This document shows, piece by piece, positions 58,714 through 64,000 of a stretch of DNA of 64,000 nucleotides. The position numbers and the translations under genes are program-made. Source of the DNA: a virus (taxonomy: Duplodnaviria > Caudoviricetes); the IMG/VR virus record IMGVR_UViG_3300032233_003207, positions 1 through 64,000 of that record; one strand, written 5' to 3'. Each line of letters opens with the position of its first letter. The first letter of the stretch is position 1. The notes beneath the pieces are model-generated. The model was not told the DNA's origin and did no database searches. It saw only the letters and a list, made by a program, of their open reading frames with translations.

Positions 58714-61700
58714 TTACCATCTATATCTAATAGATATTGGGGATATTCCTATTGTTAAATTTGTTCCAGCTATTTTTTTAACAGATATTTCTACAGATAA
58801 TGTGAATGGATATCTATAATTAACTGTATAAAATGGAACTAAATTTCCAAATCCTGGACCCCCTGTTGCAGGATTAATTCCAGTAAAATCTATATTTTTT
58901 ATAATAGTTGAAGATGTAGAATTTAATTCTGCAGAAGAAATAAATAAATATGGTGTAGAATTAACAAGATCATCTGGAACTTTTTGATCTAAATCAAGGT
59001 CTGCTAAATAGTCTAAATTAGTATAAGTTAATCCTGATCTGTCCGATGTTTGCATAGTATCTATAAAGTATTTATTAATATTTAATTTAACTCCTCTATT
59101 AGACGCTGAAGCATCTGTATCATTACCAAATGAACGAACGCCCATTTCAGCTTTCAAAATTTTTACATTATTTGGTAAATATGCATTTAAACTTTGCTGA
59201 AAACCTACTTGTCTTAATTCTGGAGGATCTACCGAGTCAGTTACTCTAAGAACAATTGATTTAAAATTTCCAGTAAGATTGTATACAGAAGTTACTTTCC
59301 ATAAAGGCGTTGTAGAATATATTAAAGAATTATCTGAATAACTACCTGTAGTTAATGGAACTAATATATATCCTGTTTGATTTATATTTCTTTCAACTAT
59401 CCATGTTCCAGGTACAGTATAACTAGGCATTGACCATTCAAAAAGTCCTGATTCTATTTCAGAATTTCCACTTAAATATGCACTATCAAAGAAATTATCT
59501 GTAATTTCACCATAAGATCCTAAACCGTCCCAAAATGGAAGATTGAAGCTATTAAATCTTACATAAGATGATATAGAATTACCTTCTCTATAAACTTTAT
59601 TATTTTTAACTATATTGGTTTTACCTCCAACAATAATTAAATCACTATATAATAGTCCAGAATCACCAAAATTATATAGTCCTTTAAAAATATTATTTGT
59701 AATAATAGAAGATGCAGTAGTGCAAATATAGCCTTGTATATATTTATATGTATAAGGTGTTGAATTTGTTTGTAGCCAATATCCAGTAGAAGTAGTATTT
59801 CCTGAAATAATGCAAGAAGCGTCATTTCCTTCTCCTGGAGCCTGAGTATTTGGTATTGCTTTTCTGTTAGAAAATACAGTTATAGCATATGCTGGCGAAA
59901 GAGATTTTACTAAAGTGTTATCATATGGTTCCAAATAACCTGTATAATATGCAGTTAAAGAGTTATTTAATATTTTTAATGAACTATTTTCTTCAAAAGT
60001 AATTGCAGTGTGAATCCAATTACATATATTATTTTCAATAACAACATTTCCAGATGGATAAGCGCATGTATTTACAGTTTGACCAGCTACCAATTTTATT
60101 GGTAAATAATATTTTCCATTATGATCAGTGCTCATAATGTTGTGGCAATTATTTCCGCTAATTATTAAACTAGAATCTTTATCAGATAAAGAAGTATCAT
60201 TTGGGAATAAATCAATTACTTTAGAAGACGATCCTACCCAATAACCAATAGATCCGCAAGTATTATTTTCAATTATGCATTTTTCAGTAACCAAACCAGG
60301 GTAAGACATAGAATCTCCCCTTAATACTGATGTTAATACAATTCCTTGATTTTTACCGAAATAATTATTTTTTATATTAATGTTTTTTAATAAAGGCTGT
60401 TGTTGATTGCTTGAGCTTTGAGCAGATGTATTTATAATTGAAATAGCAGATCGAATATCTCTATCAGTCTTTCTGATATTTTTAAACTTACAATTAGTAA
60501 TATTAACATTACTCAATATAGATGTATTACTTGATAATTCAAAATTAATAAAACTAAATCTGTTAGATATAACAAAAACAGTATCAATTGGATCGTGTAT
60601 AAATTCAACATTATCAATTATAATATTGTCTAATGAAGTATTAATTTTTGAATAAATAACTGCTCGACCATTATTAACTAAATTATTAACATCATAAGTT
60701 ACAGCTGAAAGTCCATCTGAAGTATTTAAATAGTCTGTAACATTATCAAATGTATCTGGACTAGCAACTAATGGATTATAACTAGTTTTAATATATGAAT
60801 CTTTTAAAACTAATCCATCTGATAATGTATTTCTAATACATTGTGCAAAGTTGCCTTCAAATATGCAGCTAGTTAATTTAACACTAGGACTATTTTTTAT
60901 TATGAACATAGTTCCCGGAACATATCCGTCATTTGGATCTACGTTAAAATCTAATGTTATTTTTGTATCATTAACTATAAATTTATTCGCACTATCTAAT
61001 AAGAATAAAGCTCCGCTGGTTGCATTAAATTTAAATCCAACATCTAATATACAGTCATCAAATTTAATGTTATTCGATTTCTTTACATTAAAAATAACAT
61101 TGTTATCTGATATTGAATCTGCCAATTCATTTGTAATAACAATATGACAGTTTTCAAATATTATATTTGAAGAATTTTCTTTTACAAAAATTTTATTCTT
61201 AAAAAGAAGATTAATATTTCTAAATGTAATATTTGATCCAAATGTTACAGGTTTATTAAAAGTAATGATTGCATCATTTTGACCATCAATAACTACATTG
61301 GAAATAAAATCTAAAGTAATTGGCTTTGCAATTATTCCATAACCTTCTGAAGATCCTTTAACAATTGCAGTGCCATTATATAAATTATTATATTTAATCC
61401 AATTAAATATTGATTCAATATTTTGAAAATTTCCTTGAGAACCAAAATTTGCTAGTTTAAGATCAAAATTGTTATCTAAATCATTTACAAATCTTCTAGC
61501 ATCAGTAATGCTTAAAGATATTGATAAAGGAGATTGTACAACGGTTGAAGATACAACATATAATAATGTTAAATTCTTTTTATTATTTATAATATTTGAA
61601 AAAGTTGTAGCTTCTAAATTATAAGATAATCCATTTGCAGGATTATATGCTCTAAATAATCTATTTGAAGTTCCTGGCGTACCAGCCTCAACATCTAACA

Positions 61701-64000
61701 TTGGTATTGGTTGGTATTCTCCACGATCATTTATACAGAGAGCCCAATTAATATTATAGTAAACAGATGAATAAGATGAATATACTTCTTGTATAATTGG
61801 AATAACAACTGTTTGTTTATTTACTTGAATGAATTTTCCATTAACTAATGCTACACCACCATTTATATAAATTTGATTGCTATTTGGATTTACTCCTGTA
61901 GTTTGTAAATCAAATCCTCTAATTACACCATTTGCATGTAATAATTTTTCACCAGTAGAAATATAATTTAAAGCTGAGGTTCCTAAATCTTTTTCTCCTA
62001 TATTTCCAAATGCTCTTTCATCTTTAATATTAGTAACTTTTTTAGTTATATCATCAAGTTGACAAGTTGCAATTAACATTATTTCATTATCTAATGATAA
62101 TGTTGGAAATAATTGGAAGTCTAGAGCTTGATTATTAAATGCGGATACTGTAACATTTGCATCAAATAAAATATCAATATAATCAATATTTGACTCATCA
62201 TAAAATCTAGTAATTTCGCCCACTCTACCTTGTGTGATTGGTCCTAAATTATTAGTTCCAACTCCATCATAATAGCATAAGTATCCTACATATGTTCCAT
62301 ATGAGGTGAATTGAGTAATATAAAGAGAAATTTTATTTACATTTCCAAATTGATATCCTCTTAATTTTGGAGACACTCTAACTATATTTAATTTGTTTAA
62401 TTCAGAATATGTATATAATGGAACAGAGCCATTAATATTTATAGTAGAAGAGCTTGCATTTATTCTTGCTCTTTCATGAGTAAATGTTTCTCCATTTTGA
62501 TTTATTAATACCTCAAAATGTCTCTTAAATGGTGATACTATAGATAAATCTGTTGCACTTTCTTTATTAAAAGAAATAGAACTATAGTCTAAATAAATTG
62601 CTACTTCTGATCCGATATCTAAAGTAGTTGTAGGAGATACTGCATTTGCATGTACAGCATCATATACAGTAATATCAGTAAAATCAACTGAACCACATGA
62701 AGAATTTATTGATTGGATAATAAATCTTCCAAAATTTACAAGACCGCCTGAATTTACTTTTTGTATAACAATAGTTTTTCCTACTGCTAAACCAGAAGTA
62801 GATAAATCTAATGGAATTCTATATGTAACTTCAACTCTTCCTACTGGTACAGGTCCTGGATAAATATTTTTATCATAAATTGTGCCAAGCCAATATCCAT
62901 CTCCATATTTATCTTGAATTTGGTTTTTATCTAAACCAAATTTTTCTATTTCAAATCCATTTACATAAAAATTATTTCTCTTAAGTGGAATAAATATTTT
63001 TGTAGGAGTTTGAGATGCGTCTGCTGTATCATAACTTGCAGAATATGGAGGGCTTGCTAAATTTGCTTTGGTTGGACCAAATCCAAGAGGATCTAAAGGT
63101 AAAAGCGATGTAGCTGAAGTTAAACCAACTATATTTTTAGGAAATGCTATTGCAGTTGCTGAAGTATTATAAGAACCATTAGATCCAATAATTCCACTTA
63201 ATATTGAAAAAGATGTATTATTATATGAATCTGCTAATGCAATACCAAATTCTCCTTGATATTGAAATGCTACAAATCTATAATTAAATCCTGAAGCTCT
63301 AAATGCATTATTTGTTGATTCAATTATTGATTCTAATGTATATTTTCCAGGAGTTGCGCCTGCATTACCAGTTATATCTATACCTGGTAATATAGTATAT
63401 CCATCAGCAGGATTTCCTGTAGGATATAATGCTAAATATAAAACATAATGCTCTGAATCTATTAGATCAGGATTAAATCCAATACCTAAAGCTGAAGCTG
63501 ATCTTGCATTAACTGCAATAAGGCTTGGTATTTCAGAAAAATTATTATTTGCAGCTGCAACTGCTAAAGCTGCATATTTATTATTATTTAATAATGGTTT
63601 ATCAATTCTTGCACTTGCAGTAGTAGAATACTTTAAATTTTTTCCTTCAATTCTAACTGAATATTTTTTATTACCAGAAGTTTGAACATATTTTTTTTCT
63701 TTTATAATATGAGAAATTTCAACGCCATCATAATTAATTCTAATGATATCGCCAACTTTAACTAATGCAAATTTAGCATCAAATGAATTTGATGACATAT
63801 CTGAACTAGATGGTTTGAATTCAACAATATCATCACCAGTATTAATATCATCAAAAGGAGATGAATTATTTCCAATATTTAATAAATATGTAGTTACTTG
63901 AGTTGAAGGAACTATTTCTTGACCATATCCATCAACTACTAAATTTGCAGATCTTGATTCTCTAGATATTCCATTAGAAAATAAATTTTGTATTCTTGTG
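58714..64000 (-). CDS. Large tail fibre/tailspike-like protein with parallel beta-helix repeats (5' end lies beyond the window)
   Basis: The frame stays open upstream of 63798 to the window edge (TRIQNLFSNGISRESRSANLVVDGYGQ...). The C-terminal half has pectin-lyase-like repeats (NIIFENC, NIKFDDC, IIENNTC, IISGNNC). Confidence 0.75.
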   Translation of the reverse strand, partial: TRIQNLFSNGISRESRSANLVVDGYGQEIVPSTQVTTYLLNIGNNSSPFDDINTGDDIVEFKPSSSDMSSNSFDAKFALVKVGDIIRINYDGVEISHIIKEKKYVQTSGNKKYSVRIEGKNLKYSTTASARIDKPLLNNNKYAALAVAAANNNFSEIPSLIAVNARSASALGIGFNPDLIDSEHYVLYLALYPTGNPADGYTILPGIDITGNAGATPGKYTLESIIESTNNAFRASGFNYRFVAFQYQGEFGIALADSYNNTSFSILSGIIGSNGSYNTSATAIAFPKNIVGLTSATSLLPLDPLGFGPTKANLASPPYSASYDTADASQTPTKIFIPLKRNNFYVNGFEIEKFGLDKNQIQDKYGDGYWLGTIYDKNIYPGPVPVGRVEVTYRIPLDLSTSGLAVGKTIVIQKVNSGGLVNFGRFIIQSINSSCGSVDFTDITVYDAVHANAVSPTTTLDIGSEVAIYLDYSSISFNKESATDLSIVSPFKRHFEVLINQNGETFTHERARINASSSTININGSVPLYTYSELNKLNIVRVSPKLRGYQFGNVNKISLYITQFTSYGTYVGYLCYYDGVGTNNLGPITQGRVGEITRFYDESNIDYIDILFDANVTVSAFNNQALDFQLFPTLSLDNEIMLIATCQLDDITKKVTNIKDERAFGNIGEKDLGTSALNYISTGEKLLHANGVIRGFDLQTTGVNPNSNQIYINGGVALVNGKFIQVNKQTVVIPIIQEVYSSYSSVYYNINWALCINDRGEYQPIPMLDVEAGTPGTSNRLFRAYNPANGLSYNLEATTFSNIINNKKNLTLLYVVSSTVVQSPLSISLSITDARRFVNDLDNNFDLKLANFGSQGNFQNIESIFNWIKYNNLYNGTAIVKGSSEGYGIIAKPITLDFISNVVIDGQNDAIITFNKPVTFGSNITFRNINLLFKNKIFVKENSSNIIFENCHIVITNELADSISDNNVIFNVKKSNNIKFDDCILDVGFKFNATSGALFLLDSANKFIVNDTKITLDFNVDPNDGYVPGTMFIIKNSPSVKLTSCIFEGNFAQCIRNTLSDGLVLKDSYIKTSYNPLVASPDTFDNVTDYLNTSDGLSAVTYDVNNLVNNGRAVIYSKINTSLDNIIIDNVEFIHDPIDTVFVISNRFSFINFELSSNTSILSNVNITNCKFKNIRKTDRDIRSAISIINTSAQSSSNQQQPLLKNINIKNNYFGKNQGIVLTSVLRGDSMSYPGLVTEKCIIENNTCGSIGYWVGSSSKVIDLFPNDTSLSDKDSSLIISGNNCHNIMSTDHNGKYYLPIKLVAGQTVNTCAYPSGNVVIENNICNWIHTAITFEENSSLKILNNSLTAYYTGYLEPYDNTLVKSLSPAYAITVFSNRKAIPNTQAPGEGNDASCIISGNTTSTGYWLQTNSTPYTYKYIQGYICTTASSIITNNIFKGLYNFGDSGLLYSDLIIVGGKTNIVKNNKVYREGNSISSYVRFNSFNLPFWDGLGSYGEITDNFFDSAYLSGNSEIESGLFEWSMPSYTVPGTWIVERNINQTGYILVPLTTGSYSDNSLIYSTTPLWKVTSVYNLTGNFKSIVLRVTDSVDPPELRQVGFQQSLNAYLPNNVKILKAEMGVRSFGNDTDASASNRGVKLNINKYFIDTMQTSDRSGLTYTNLDYLADLDLDQKVPDDLVNSTPYLFISSAELNSTSSTIIKNIDFTGINPATGGPGFGNLVPFYTVNYRYPFTLSVEISVKKIAGTNLTIGISPISIRYRW

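Noticed and set aside
6241-61147. All plus-strand ORFs in the track (for example 6241-6513, 8557-8910, 16175-16986, 25410-25730, 40856-41245, 56087-56488, 60851-61147)
   Set aside because: They lie antisense to long, motif-bearing minus-strand genes, lack RBSs and recognisable motifs, and look like shadow ORFs.
63798-63798. ATG at 63798 as the start of the 1694-aa protein
   Set aside because: The frame is open to the window edge and there is no minus-strand RBS here, so the true start lies outside the window.
1-64000. Alternative genetic code (stop-codon reassignment), as seen in some large phages
   Set aside because: Genes up to 2376 aa are uninterrupted in code 11 and pack tightly. The gene ends I checked stop at TAA or TGA, and no fragmented genes are seen.
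1-64000. CRISPR array, tRNA or rRNA genes
   Set aside because: Intergenic gaps are short (under about 270 nt), with no repeat-spacer periodicity or cloverleaf patterns. The only periodic DNA is coding (collagen and the 183-nt repeat).

Overview
A 64-kb slice of a large, AT-rich (by eye well under 35% GC outside a few low-complexity genes) contractile-tailed (myovirus-type) phage genome. All credible genes are on the minus strand in the standard genetic code, and many have AGGAG-type RBSs and ATGA/TAATG overlaps. In transcription order (high to low coordinates) the window holds: (i) a 5'-truncated >1760-aa beta-helix tail fibre/spike; (ii) a full tail module: tail terminator-like protein, 915-aa sheath, tube, tail assembly chaperone G/GT with a clear -1 frameshift, tape measure, tube initiator, 1671-aa hub, spike, three unknown proteins, gp25-like wedge, baseplate-J, a 2376-aa LamG-containing wedge and a 1315-aa protein with split dockerin-like motifs; (iii) a free-standing HNH endonuclease; (iv) a glycosylation cluster (GT4, two GT2, RmlB-like dehydratase) with an embedded membrane protein; (v) a tubulin/FtsZ-family GTPase with unusual terminal extensions; (vi) a replication block (SF2 helicase, DnaC-like loader, DnaB); (vii) two FmdB-type zinc ribbons and a sigma70-family factor; (viii) class Ia RNR (nrdB then nrdA, with a 391-aa LAGLIDADG intein at a catalytic Cys), PIN-PhoH, methionine aminopeptidase and a P-loop kinase; (ix) a collagen plus capsid-cement-like fibre and a 3'-truncated repeat protein. 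No tRNA, rRNA, CRISPR array or integrase was recognised. The best candidates for something new are a phage-encoded virion glycosylation system, a tubulin in a sigma-factor-encoding phage with no nuclear-shell gene visible in the window, a possible reverse-topology single-chain spanin, and a split dockerin in a virion protein. All product calls come from motif recognition only; no database searches were run.
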